Part shown: piece by piece, positions 28,943-38,642 of the stretch | How positions within the stretch are numbered: position 1 is the stretch's first letter | Layout of the letters: every line of letters begins with the position of its first letter | NCBI GenBank assembly: GCA_965262915.1 | Contig: OZ253564.1 | Span: 2,720,001-2,784,000, forward strand | Source: Candidatus Spongiisociaceae bacterium | GTDB lineage: Bacteria; Actinomycetota; Acidimicrobiia; Spongiisociales; Spongiisociaceae | Direction: 5' to 3' | Length of the DNA: 64,000 bases | Notes under the pieces: model-generated | What the model saw: the letters and a program-made list of their open reading frames with translations, nothing else | Databases searched by the model: none | Told to the model about the DNA's origin: nothing | Program-made: the position numbers and the translations under genes

Positions 28943-30634
28943 TTAACGGTCAAGACCCGCGAACGGGTCTCCAGAGATAGAATCCGGCGACGGATTGGGG
29001 GCACACTCCGAGGCCCGTGTAGCCCATGCAGGAAATGGGAACTCTACCACCAACGGCAGCGGCAACTCAGGTTGGGAGACCACCATAGTGCCCGGCTCCA
29101 GGAAGGTGGCACGCTGGCGCAAAGATGCAGGAAGGAACCCATACTCCGGCCGAGAGGCTTCCGCCGAGTCGAGTCGGCCGACTACGCGTAGCGAAGAGTT
29201 AGCGATGATACGCCGCTCGACCTCCGACGCGGTTTGCTGAGCACCGAAAAGAATGACGCCCAAGCTCCTCCCCCGCTCTGATACATCAAGCAGGACCTCC
29301 TTGATGGGACTCGACCCGTCCCGCGGTGCGTACTTGTTCAGCTCGTCCAACACCAGAAACAGCAGTTCGCCCGACTGTCCGGCCGCTTCCCGATCCTCGA
29401 AAGCCTTCCGGACTATTACGCCCACGACAAACCGCTTAGCGCGGTCATGAAGGTTATGCAGATCGACCACCGTCACCTGATGACGGAGCGGAATCACAGC
29501 GTGCCGTGCAGACTCCGGTACGTCGCCGCGGATCAGCCGCTCGACATGGCGTACCGCCCCCATCAGTCGGCGGATGAACGCGTTTATGGTGCCGGCACCG
29601 ATGGCCGGGCCTGCCCATTGTCGGCGCGTGCTCTCGTCTTGGACCATGCTGCTTACCACCTCGGCCAAGTCACGGAATGTGTGTACCGTCTTCTCACCTA
29701 CACGTACTCCCCCGTCCGGTAACTCGGGGACACAACGGAGCTGTGCCATGACGTTGTGGACCACCATCGAGTAATGGGCACGATCATCCTCGGCGTCGGC
29801 GAACAAGAAAGGAAGCAGGTCCTCTCTACAGAATTCGGCCAACGTCCAGAAGAAGGAGGTGACGCCATCGGTACGGGCAGCCACGTCAGGAGCAGCATCC
29901 GCAGAGTGGCGCCTGGGCGGTGCGTAGATCCCTACTGACCGGAATGGCCTACTAGGCAGCCCAAGTCGTTTGTAACGATCAGGTTGGTCCGCGTCGAGAT
30001 ACTTATTGGCACGGTCCAAAAACAACAGATCCTCGCCTTTAACATTGAAGACCAACGCCTTGGTGTTCACACCCCGAACACCCAACACACGACTCGTGAA
30101 CAAGGAATGGAGCAGAAACGTGGCGTAACTGGTCTTGGTGGCCACTCCCGAGATTCCGGAAATGTTGGCATGGGCACCACGGCGGCCGTCCACGAACTCC
30201 AGATTGACGAATACCGGATCTCCTACCCGGGAAAGCCCAATCGGAAGGCGTTCCCTCATGCGATCGAAAGACAGGGCAAGGTCGCGCTCTTCATCACGCG
30301 CCTTGTATACCTCTAGCCCGGGAAGGGGCGGCACGAACACCTCGGGGACGAAGCGCGTAGTCGTCACCTGTGCGGCCTCGGCAACCTCCGCGGGAAGACG
30401 ACCATCGGAAACTAAGAACACGTCAGAGTCGAATCTGGTACCCTCATGGCGCGCGCGTACCTGTACCACAACGCCAAAGATCCGCACCCTTCCACCGTCA
30501 GGCAGCGACCTCTCCAGCGCCACCACGTCATCGAGTTGCAAATAGCTGCCGGGGGCGATGCCAACCCAGAAGTCCAACGGAGTGGCGAACTCAGTTCCCA
30601 GCACACGGCCCACAACCGGTCCACGTTCAACCAT
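28943..30634 (-). CDS. herA: HerA-family DNA translocase ATPase
   Basis: N-terminal HAS barrel-like region, HANISGISGVATKT Walker A variant, LDELNKYAP, ERGRSLG, AQQ. Confidence 0.88.
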   Translation of the reverse strand: MVERGPVVGRVLGTEFATPLDFWVGIAPGSYLQLDDVVALERSLPDGGRVRIFGVVVQVRARHEGTRFDSDVFLVSDGRLPAEVAEAAQVTTTRFVPEVFVPPLPGLEVYKARDEERDLALSFDRMRERLPIGLSRVGDPVFVNLEFVDGRRGAHANISGISGVATKTSYATFLLHSLFTSRVLGVRGVNTKALVFNVKGEDLLFLDRANKYLDADQPDRYKRLGLPSRPFRSVGIYAPPRRHSADAAPDVAARTDGVTSFFWTLAEFCREDLLPFLFADAEDDRAHYSMVVHNVMAQLRCVPELPDGGVRVGEKTVHTFRDLAEVVSSMVQDESTRRQWAGPAIGAGTINAFIRRLMGAVRHVERLIRGDVPESARHAVIPLRHQVTVVDLHNLHDRAKRFVVGVIVRKAFEDREAAGQSGELLFLVLDELNKYAPRDGSSPIKEVLLDVSERGRSLGVILFGAQQTASEVERRIIANSSLRVVGRLDSAEASRPEYGFLPASLRQRATFLEPGTMVVSQPELPLPLVVEFPFPAWATRASECAPNPSPDSISGDPFAGLDR

Positions 30635-30643
30635 TACCCGTCG

Positions 30644-30665
30644 AGCATAGGCCCTCGGACGGACA
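30644..30665 (-). promoter_or_regulatory. PafBC-type DNA-damage promoter TGTCCG-N10-TATGCT upstream of herA
   Basis: Correct TGTC..-N10-TA-N3-T geometry, ending 9 nt before the ATG. Confidence 0.6.
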
Positions 30666-30794
30666 TAACGGCAAAACACCCGGAAGACGGATCGAGCACC
30701 CGCGACTAAGCACCGGTGTAGTGGCCGACCGACACGCGTGTTCCGAGCCCAGGCTAGATCAGCGCGCGCAGGCCGCCACGCTGCCTGGCCACGT

Positions 30795-30987
30795 GGAGGG
30801 CTCCCAGATCGTCACACGTCGCGGTATCGAAATGGCGGTTGTCGTCCCGATCTGGCAATGGCGCCGGATGGAACGCACGAGACGACGGAACAGCAAAGAG
30901 TGGCTACTCACGCCTGAGGCACGCACCGAGACGCTGACACCCCGGCGAGGACAACTCAACAGCCGTCCACCGCCCGCATCCGACTAG
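30795..30987 (+). pseudogene. Phd/YefM antitoxin remnant (N-terminus not recognisable)
   Basis: EGSQIVTRRGIEMAVVVPI..W pattern directly upstream of the PIN gene. Confidence 0.6.
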
Positions 30988-30993
30988 CCGGCC

Positions 30994-31416
30994 GTGTACT
31001 TGCTGGATTCCAACGTCGTCTCCGAGTTACGGCGACCACGTCTGGACGCGTCCCTAGTTGACTGGATTGCCGGCGTACCGGCCGAACAGCTATTCGTATC
31101 CGCCGTCACGATCGGTGAGATCCAAGCGGGGATAGAGATCACCCGTCGCCATGACCCCGCCAAAGCAGAGGAACTCGAAGAGCGGCTTGACGAGCAGGTG
31201 CTCGGGGGATACGATGTCTTGGCGCTGGACGCCGTCGCGTTTCGCGAATAGGCCCGGCTCATGCGCCGTCGATCCGACACCCTGATACAAGACGCCATGA
31301 TCGCCGCAGTCGCCGTTACCTATCGACTGACGGTGGTCACTCGCAACGTAGGGGACTTCGAGACGCTAGGGGTGGCGGTCTACAACCCGTTCGATGACCC
31401 CGATGGAAACAGTTGA
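30994..31416 (+). pseudogene. vapC: VapC PIN toxin with in-frame nonsense codon
   Basis: YLLDSNVVSE..; TAG at 31249-51, then in-frame ARLM..DAMIAAVA..LTVVTRNV.DF...V.NPF. Confidence 0.88.
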
Positions 31417-31484
31417 ACCACCACCAGGGTCGGATCTGTCCGAGTGACGGCCTTCCCGCGTGGAGGTTCGAGACGGCGGCGCCG

Positions 31485-32693
31485 TCAGATCCTTTCGACG
31501 ACGACGGAAATACCCTGGCCGACTCCTATGCACATGGTGGCCAGGCCGTAGCGTCCCTCCCGCTTCTTGAGTTCGTGAACCAGGGTGGTGAGAATCCGGG
31601 CCCCGGAGCAGCCCAGCGGGTGCCCGAGGGCGATAGCCCCTCCGTTCACGTTGAGGGTTTTCGGGTCGATACCGAGTTCGTTGCGGCAGGCCACCCCTTG
31701 GGCGGCGAAGGCCTCGTTGAGTTCCACCAGGTCTAGGTCGGACACGCTCAGACCGGCGCGATCCAATGCTTTCAGGGTGGAGGGCACCGGGCCGATTCCC
31801 ATCAGGTCGGGATGGACTCCGGCCACGGCCGAGGCGACCAGGCGGGCGATGGGTGTAAGGCCGGTCTCCTCCAAGCCCTTGGAGGTCGCCAGGATCACTC
31901 CGGCGGCGCCGTCGTTCATCGGCGAGGAATTGCCCGCGGTGACCGTTCCCCCTTTCCTGAACACGGGCCGGAGTCTGGCCAGCGCTTCCATCGAGGTGTC
32001 CGTCCGGGGCCCTTCGTCGGATGTGATCAGAGCCATGGTGCGACCCTTGGGTCCTGACGGAGCTTCGATGGGGACCACCTCGGCGTCGAACCGGCCCGCG
32101 CCTTGGGCGGCGATTGCCCGGCGGTGGCTGGTCAGGGCGAACTCATCCTGGTCGGTACGGGAGACATCGTATTTGGCCGCTACCTCTTCTGCGGTCTCGC
32201 CCAAAGTGATGGGCGGGTACATCATCCGCATGCGCGGATTGGTGAGCCGCCAGCCGAGAACGGTGTCCACCATTCGAGGGGCTCCCACCCCGTAGGCTCG
32301 CTCGGGCTTCGTCACTACGAAGGGAGCGCGGCTCATGGATTCGGATCCCCCGGCGATCATCACGTCTCCCCACCCCGAGGCCAAGGCCTGAGCCGCGGTG
32401 ATGATGGCCTGGAGTCCCGATCCGCACAGACGGTTAACGGTCTGGCCGGTGATCTCGATACCCAGTCCGGCCAGCAACACGGCCATACGCGCCACGTTGC
32501 GGTTGTCCTCCCCGGCCTGGTTGGCGGCGCCCCACACCACGTCCTCGATGTCGGATGGGTGGAGGCCGGGGTTGCGCTCCATCAGGGCGCCCACCACGTG
32601 GGCCGCCAGGTCGTCGGGCCGCAGTGCGGCCAGTTGCCCTCCGATCCGCCCCATGGGAGTGCGGCATGCGTCTGCGATGTATATCTCGGTCAT
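31485..32693 (-). CDS. Acetyl-CoA C-acyltransferase (thiolase, PaaJ/PcaF-like)
   Basis: GEDNRNVARM, NRLCGSG, NEAFA, GHPLG.SG, CIGVGQG. Confidence 0.93.
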   Translation of the reverse strand: MTEIYIADACRTPMGRIGGQLAALRPDDLAAHVVGALMERNPGLHPSDIEDVVWGAANQAGEDNRNVARMAVLLAGLGIEITGQTVNRLCGSGLQAIITAAQALASGWGDVMIAGGSESMSRAPFVVTKPERAYGVGAPRMVDTVLGWRLTNPRMRMMYPPITLGETAEEVAAKYDVSRTDQDEFALTSHRRAIAAQGAGRFDAEVVPIEAPSGPKGRTMALITSDEGPRTDTSMEALARLRPVFRKGGTVTAGNSSPMNDGAAGVILATSKGLEETGLTPIARLVASAVAGVHPDLMGIGPVPSTLKALDRAGLSVSDLDLVELNEAFAAQGVACRNELGIDPKTLNVNGGAIALGHPLGCSGARILTTLVHELKKREGRYGLATMCIGVGQGISVVVERI

Positions 32694-32852
32694 GGCTCTC
32701 GGTACTCGCGCATGCCGGTACCGTACTCCCCTCGGGCGGCGGTCGTTCGGCCATTCCCAACTCGATTCCCGGGACCCGGTGTTCGGGTCTCTTCGAAGTC
32801 GGGGAGAAGGTCCTAACATAAGTGCTGGTTTGCCGTGTTGACGGCTGTTTTA

Positions 32853-32890
32853 TGTCACACCCGGCCGGTATGATCCGAACATATGTACGA
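32853..32890 (+). promoter_or_regulatory. PafBC-type promoter (TGTCAC-N10-TATGAT) plus LexA-box-like CGAAC-ATAT-GTACG over the start codon
   Basis: Read directly; one mismatch to actinobacterial CGAAC-N4-GTTCG. Confidence 0.62.
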
Positions 32891-34253
32891 ATACCTTCTC
32901 GACATTGGCGAACCCGACCCCATCACCCCCAGCCACGGTGTGGTGTCCGAGGCGGAGCGGTCATTCGCCGGTATGTTCATGACCCGCTACCAGAAACAAC
33001 GCCAGCGCGCCTACGACCGGGCGGCGCATATGGTCAACAGCGCTGGTCATCATCCGCATCGGGAAACCGAGGACGCCAAAGCAGAAGCCGGACTGGTAAG
33101 GGCCCAGGTCCGCATCAGCCGGGCCTAGGGCGACCAAGTGGGGTGGGTGAAGAGCATGCTGCGGTTCAACATGGCCGCACACCGTGGGTACCGGACCCCG
33201 GTGGACATGGTGGTCTCCCTGGCAGATGTGCCATGCTCGGCCGCCCGCGAGCTCGTGTATCTGGCCGAGCGGCTGGACGAAGGCGAGATTGCGCGGATAC
33301 GGGCGGGCGAGGTCTCCTATGCCCGACTGTTGGAAGAAACCCGCCTGCGAGAAGCCGGAGCGTCTGCCGGGGAGGTGGAAGCAACCCGTGAGTTGGATCT
33401 CGATCGGGTCAAGCGGGTCTGCCAGCAGCGGAGGAAGATGACCCGGGAGGATGAGCGGCGGGTGTTCGAGGGCCAGTATGTGGCGTTGCAGCCGTCTCTG
33501 GACGGAACGCATATGCGGGTGATGGGCAAACTCGGTGCTTACGAGGGGGAGTTGTGCCGCAAGGCCCTCAACCAACTGGGCGACCGGCTCATACCCGCCG
33601 GCGAGACCCGTCCCGATCCGGGGCACCGAAGGGCGCTGGCGCTCACCGCCCTGTGCCAGGACGAATTGGACCGGGACCCGAGCTCCGGACCGAGATCAGA
33701 CAACCCGGATGCTTCATCATCGGGGAAGCGGCGGGAGCCGCTGCTCATGGTCGTAGCCCACCATCCCCTCGCCGAGGAGTCCGGCTACGAGCAGGGCGCC
33801 GGGGTACTGGCCGGCGGCAGGGTGGGGCCGGACACCATCGATATGCTCACCTGTCGGGGCCGGGTCGAACACGTCACGGTCGGGGGACAGAGCCTCACCT
33901 ACCACGGCTCGACGTCTTCGATACGGCCTTCGCTGCGCCGAGCTGTCCTGGCCCGAGATGATGGGTGCACTATCGATGGCTGCACTTCCACCTACCGGCT
34001 CGAAGTCCACCACATCATCAGGAGGTCCGGGGGTGGGGATCACTCCGCGGAGAACCTCACTACCCTCTGCTGGTGGCACCACCACGTAGCCATCCACCGG
34101 CGAGGAATGCGCATCGACCCCCAATCCCCACCCCGCAGAAGGCGGCTACTACCCCCACGGGCACGGTGCGGCTACCAGCCACCCGGCCCCGACCCTCACA
34201 CCGTGGCCATCCTCCGCATCCTCGAACAACACTCCAACCGATCCCCACCCTGA
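32883..34253 (+). pseudogene. DUF222-like/HNH endonuclease (13E12-type) with one in-frame TAG
   Basis: RRAVLARDDGCTIDGC, LEVHHI..GGDHS.ENL.TLCWWHH; TAG at 33126-28 with the frame preserved; the downstream part may be expressed from 33138. Confidence 0.72.
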
Positions 34254-34307
34254 GGGGGTCCGGGCGACACCTCGCGCAAGATCTCATTCGCCCGCCGTTG
34301 CTCGCAC

Positions 34308-34796
34308 TCATGTGGTGAGCGGAAAGCCGGGCACACTGCCCGCGAGGAGATTTCCGACCAGCGCCACGAATCCCTCGGGAAAGAACAACTCATCCGACTC
34401 ACGGAGGGCTTCCAACGACCACCAGCGTATGTCTCGAATCGGTTCGTCCGTCCGGTTGTACAGCGAATCAGGCTTTGGCGCCCGGCCGACGAAGTAGCGT
34501 TCGTCGTACTCCTTGAGTTCTCCTCGATGCTTCAGGAGGGGCTGGCGGGTACAGACACATGGACCCACCGTCGTCAGCACGATGCCGGTCTCCTCCTCGA
34601 GTTCTCGTGCCGCCGCTTCCTCGAAGGTCTCTCCATCTCCGACCCCGCCACCAGGTGGGACCCAAAACTCCAGATGGTGTGGATTGGCCGGATCAGCGGG
34701 CTCCTGTTCGCGGTACTGCACCATGAGAACCTCGTGCTGCGGCCTCACAACAATGATTCGGGCAGTTCTACGGATCCTCATGGGTATGGCGATCAT
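34308..34796 (-). CDS. NUDIX hydrolase
   Basis: Nudix box PGGGVGDGETFEEAAARELEEETG; ATGA overlap. Confidence 0.9.
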   Translation of the reverse strand: MIAIPMRIRRTARIIVVRPQHEVLMVQYREQEPADPANPHHLEFWVPPGGGVGDGETFEEAAARELEEETGIVLTTVGPCVCTRQPLLKHRGELKEYDERYFVGRAPKPDSLYNRTDEPIRDIRWWSLEALRESDELFFPEGFVALVGNLLAGSVPGFPLTT

Positions 34797-36124
34797 CCGC
34801 GTTCGGCGACCAGGAGCAGCACGGATCCCTCGGCCGTCATCACGTACACCTCCCCCGCCCTGTCCATCCCGAATGACACCACGTGCCCGGCGTTGCCCAC
34901 CTCGCCGGTCCAGTCGAGGGGTTGGTCGACCGAGCCCTCGATGGGAAAGCTGCGCAGGTACTCCCCGCAGTAGTCGGAGAAGAGGTAGTGCCCGTACAGC
35001 TCCGGGATCGAGGTTCCCCGGTAGACGACTCCCCCGGTGATGGAGCACGTGCCGGCGTCCCCGTGTTCCACCTCGAGAACCGGCAGGGTCAGGCCGGCGG
35101 CATCGCAGCCCGAGGGCGGTCGGAAACAGTGGAGACCTTCCGTGATGGGCCAGCCGTAGTTGAGGCCAGGTGTACTGATCGAGGCCACAGAGACCTCTTC
35201 GAAGCGATCCTGGCCGACATCGGCGATCACGATGAGACCCGACGGGGGATCGATAGCGAAGCGCCACGGATTGCGGAGGCCTATCGCCCATACCTCCGGC
35301 GCCGGGAAGGGGTTGCCCGCCGCGGGGAGGAGGGCGCCGGGAACCGAGACATCGAACCGGAGCAGGGCGCCGAGCGGGCTCCGGTCGTTCTGACCGTGTC
35401 CGAACTGGTCGTTCGCCCCTCCCCCGTCTCCGAGGCCCATGTAGAGGTACCCGTCCGGTCCGAAGGCGACGGTCCCGCCGTTGTGGTTGGCGGCCGGCTG
35501 CGGGATCCGGAACAGAACGGCCTCTCCGTCGGCGTCGACCTCCCCGTTGGCAGCCGCGTACTCCGCCAGGACGGTGTCCCCGTTGCGGGCCGTGTAGTGG
35601 ACGAACAGGCGACCGGAGTCGGGGTAGTCGGGAGAGAAGGCCAAGCCGAGCAAACCCTGCTCGCCCCGGTCCCGGACCCGATCACTGATGTCGAGAAACG
35701 GTTCGTCGGCCAATCCGTCCGCCCCGTACAGCCAGAGATATCCACCCTTGGAGGCGATGACCAGGAGCCGGGTTCCGGGAAGTGGCGCCAGGTCGATCGG
35801 AAACGGTACCGTCGTCACCTCCCGGTAGGCGAGGGAACGGAGCGGCGCGAGAGATGCGGTGGTGGAAGTGCCCGGCGGCTCCGCGGATGGTTCGGCCGGA
35901 TCCTCGGAGCTTGCGCCCGTGGTTGCGACCGTAACCAACGTTGCGGGTGTCGCGGTGCTTGCCAGGATCGGTGTCGTGGTGCTTGCTAGGACGGGCGCCG
36001 CGGTTGTGGAGGTGGACGGGGACGTGCTGGTGGGTGGGACGGTAACGACGGCAGGCTCGGCTGCGCCGCCACAGGCAGCCACCACCACCGCGGGCAGGAT
36101 GAGGACGGATATCCATCGGCGCAT
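34793..36124 (-). CDS. PQQ-dependent sugar dehydrogenase family lipoprotein
   Basis: AACG lipobox, EQGLLGLAFSP, NHNGG..FGPDGYLY..GDGG, GLRNPWRF. Confidence 0.92.
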   Translation of the reverse strand: MRRWISVLILPAVVVAACGGAAEPAVVTVPPTSTSPSTSTTAAPVLASTTTPILASTATPATLVTVATTGASSEDPAEPSAEPPGTSTTASLAPLRSLAYREVTTVPFPIDLAPLPGTRLLVIASKGGYLWLYGADGLADEPFLDISDRVRDRGEQGLLGLAFSPDYPDSGRLFVHYTARNGDTVLAEYAAANGEVDADGEAVLFRIPQPAANHNGGTVAFGPDGYLYMGLGDGGGANDQFGHGQNDRSPLGALLRFDVSVPGALLPAAGNPFPAPEVWAIGLRNPWRFAIDPPSGLIVIADVGQDRFEEVSVASISTPGLNYGWPITEGLHCFRPPSGCDAAGLTLPVLEVEHGDAGTCSITGGVVYRGTSIPELYGHYLFSDYCGEYLRSFPIEGSVDQPLDWTGEVGNAGHVVSFGMDRAGEVYVMTAEGSVLLLVAERG

Positions 36125-36265
36125 GCCGGAAGAGTATTGGCGCCCGGCCGGTTATCGGACCCGTAGCGTCGTATGTTCATCCGTCGGGCGGTCGCCAATA
36201 CCCGTGAGACGGGCTGCGGTGGTGCTACCGTCGGAGCGTCCCCGACCTTTCCTTGGGTGCTGACC

Positions 36266-37597
36266 TTGACCGATCTGGTGCGTAACGATCGCAAGACGAT
36301 CTTCGGCTGGGCCATGTACGACTGGGCCAACTCCGCCTTCGCCGTCACGCTCGGCGCGGTGATCGCTCCGTTCTTCGCCGAAGTAATCGTGCCGGAAGGA
36401 GGCTGGAACGGCTGGTCGGCCGAGACCATATGGGCGGCCGTAGTGTCCATCGGTTCCATCATTCTCTTCCTCCTGATGCCGGTCCTTGGGGTGATCGCCG
36501 ACTTCAACTCGGCCAGGCGCAGGTTCCTCCGCAACTGCGCCGTGGCGGGAGGAATCACGGTGCTGGTGCTTCCCTTCGTACCCGATGGGGCGGTTCCGTG
36601 GTTCCTGGTAGTGGCGGTGACGGCCCACATCGGGTTCGTGGCGGCCAACGTGTTCTACGACGCTTTCCTCCCGGGCCTGACCACCGAGGACACCATCGAT
36701 CGGGTGTCCTCGAAGGGATTCGCCTTCGGCTACGTGGGAGGCGGCCTGTATCTGGTCTTGGCCCTGGCTCTATTGCTGTCGAGCGGTGACGATGGCTTTA
36801 CGGGCCTGTCGACCAGCGGGGCGGCCCGCGTCGCCATCTTCGGCTCCGGATTGTGGTGGATGGGCTTCAGCGTCTATGCCCTCCGCTTGCTGCCGGAGGT
36901 CGGTGTGGCATCCCCGATCCCGTCACGCTACCGGCACATGCAGCCGTGGCGCGCGTACACGGCCATAGGCTTCGGCAGGACTATGACGACGGCGAAGAAG
37001 TTGGTCGGGTTCCCGCAGCTGCTGCTCTTCGTGGTCGCGTTCATCTTTTACAACGACGGGACCATGACCGTCATCAACATCTCCGGGTCGTACGCTTCCG
37101 AAACGCTCGATCTTGAGATAGCCGAGATATCGATAGCGTTCCTCATCGTGCAGTTCGTGGCCTTCGGGGGGGCCCTCTTCTTCGGGATGGTGGCGGACAG
37201 GATCGGAGCGAAACAGGCCATTATCTGGTCGCTGGTCGTGTGGTCCCTTATCGCGGTGGCGGCTTACTTCCTCCCGGCCGGAGAGGTGATGCCCTTCTAC
37301 ATCATCGCGGTGGTGCTCGGCTGGGTTCTCGGTGGCGTTCAGGCGCTGAGCCGCAGCCTCTACGCGACGATGATTCCGGAGGAGGCCTCGGCCGAGTTCT
37401 TCGGTTTCTTCTCAGTTTTCTCGAAGTTCTCGGCGATCTGGGGACCGCTCGTGTTCAGCATCGTCAGCCATCGGACCGGGTCGGGGCGGCCGGCTATCCT
37501 CTCTATCGTCGCCTTCTTCGTAGTCGGAGGCTTCCTGCTGGCGAGGGTGAACGTGGACGAGGCGAGGGCTACCCGACATCGATGGGTATCACATTGA
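36266..37597 (+). CDS. MFS transporter (UMF1/Atg22-like); start uncertain
   Basis: WAMYDWANSAF, FYDAFLP, GYVGG, QALSRS, EFFGF. Confidence 0.9.
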   Translation: MTDLVRNDRKTIFGWAMYDWANSAFAVTLGAVIAPFFAEVIVPEGGWNGWSAETIWAAVVSIGSIILFLLMPVLGVIADFNSARRRFLRNCAVAGGITVLVLPFVPDGAVPWFLVVAVTAHIGFVAANVFYDAFLPGLTTEDTIDRVSSKGFAFGYVGGGLYLVLALALLLSSGDDGFTGLSTSGAARVAIFGSGLWWMGFSVYALRLLPEVGVASPIPSRYRHMQPWRAYTAIGFGRTMTTAKKLVGFPQLLLFVVAFIFYNDGTMTVINISGSYASETLDLEIAEISIAFLIVQFVAFGGALFFGMVADRIGAKQAIIWSLVVWSLIAVAAYFLPAGEVMPFYIIAVVLGWVLGGVQALSRSLYATMIPEEASAEFFGFFSVFSKFSAIWGPLVFSIVSHRTGSGRPAILSIVAFFVVGGFLLARVNVDEARATRHRWVSH

Positions 37598-37598
37598 A

Positions 37599-37940
37599 AT
37601 GACCGAGGAATCGACCAAGGGTCCTGAGGAGGGCGGGAGTTCCGCGGCACCGCCGCTAACCGAAGCCCCCGAGCGGCTGCGATCACGTGTCAGGTGGGGC
37701 TTGGTGGCCCTCGTGGCGTTGGCCGTGGCCCTAGGGTTCATCGCGTACCAGAACATCGGGGATGTATCGGTCCGGGCGTTCTGGTGGGAGTTCAAGATCC
37801 CGCTCCTGGTTGTCATCGTGGCCACCGCTATTCTCACGCTCGTAGTCCAGAGGCTGGTCTGGCTGGTTCTCCGGTGGAGAAGGCGCAGAACGCGTCACGA
37901 TGGCGAGCGGACGCCTCGCCATGGCAGGCGGAGAAGGTGA
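37599..37940 (+). CDS. LapA/DUF1049-like small membrane protein
   Basis: Two TM segments with F..QN...V.V.F.WEF..PL. Confidence 0.65.
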   Translation: MTEESTKGPEEGGSSAAPPLTEAPERLRSRVRWGLVALVALAVALGFIAYQNIGDVSVRAFWWEFKIPLLVVIVATAILTLVVQRLVWLVLRWRRRRTRHDGERTPRHGRRRR

Positions 37941-38051
37941 AATCACACCTGCTAGAGACCCGATTCGATGTCTACTGCGTCGCATGTCTCGGGAACGGGA
38001 CATCCATACGGAAAACACCAACTACGATTCTGACCGCATCGGGAGGTTGAG

Positions 38052-38603
38052 ATGAAGATCACACAGGAGTTCCAGGTCGCCAGCAGCCCGGAGGCCGTGT
38101 TCCGGTTCTTCCAGGACGTACCGTCGGTCGTCCAGTGCATGCCCGGGGCCGAGCTGACCGAGGACAGGGGCGACGGGGAGTACACGGGCAAGATCTCCGT
38201 CCGGCTCGGACCGATGACAGCCGGTTTCGAAGGCCAGGCCACCGTCACGTCGGATGCCGGCACCCGGACCGGCAACATAGCCGGCAAGGGGGTCGATCGT
38301 CGGGGAGGTTCCCGGGGCCAGGTGAATGTCCACTACTCGGTCTCGGAGACCGACGGCGGGTCGGCAATATCTGTGAACGCCGACATCAAGATCTCGGGCG
38401 CCGCAGCCCAGTTCGGGCGCACCGGGTTGATCAACCAGATTTCCCAGCGTCTGATCCAGGACTTCGTCAAGTGCCTGGAGGCCAAACTCGAGGCCGAGAA
38501 CCAGGCGGCAGCAGCCGAGATAGAAGCGTCCGATGTGAAGGGCGTGTCGCTGGTTGCGTCCACCTTAGCTTCAGGAGTCAAGAAACTGTTCAAACGCGGG
38601 TGA
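38052..38603 (+). CDS. coxG: CoxG/SRPBCC family protein
   Basis: CMPGAEL, V.LGPM...F.G, G.AAQFGR. Confidence 0.82.
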   Translation: MKITQEFQVASSPEAVFRFFQDVPSVVQCMPGAELTEDRGDGEYTGKISVRLGPMTAGFEGQATVTSDAGTRTGNIAGKGVDRRGGSRGQVNVHYSVSETDGGSAISVNADIKISGAAAQFGRTGLINQISQRLIQDFVKCLEAKLEAENQAAAAEIEASDVKGVSLVASTLASGVKKLFKRG

Positions 38604-38642
38604 CGGAGATGCGCGTGAGGAACGGCGGGTTCCGGTTGCCGG

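Noticed and set aside
31249-33128. Two in-frame TAG codons (vapC, HNH) suggesting amber recoding
   Set aside because: Many intact genes here (gpsA, nurA, pyk) end in TAG and no pyrrolysine or suppressor genes are visible; nonsense mutation is simpler.
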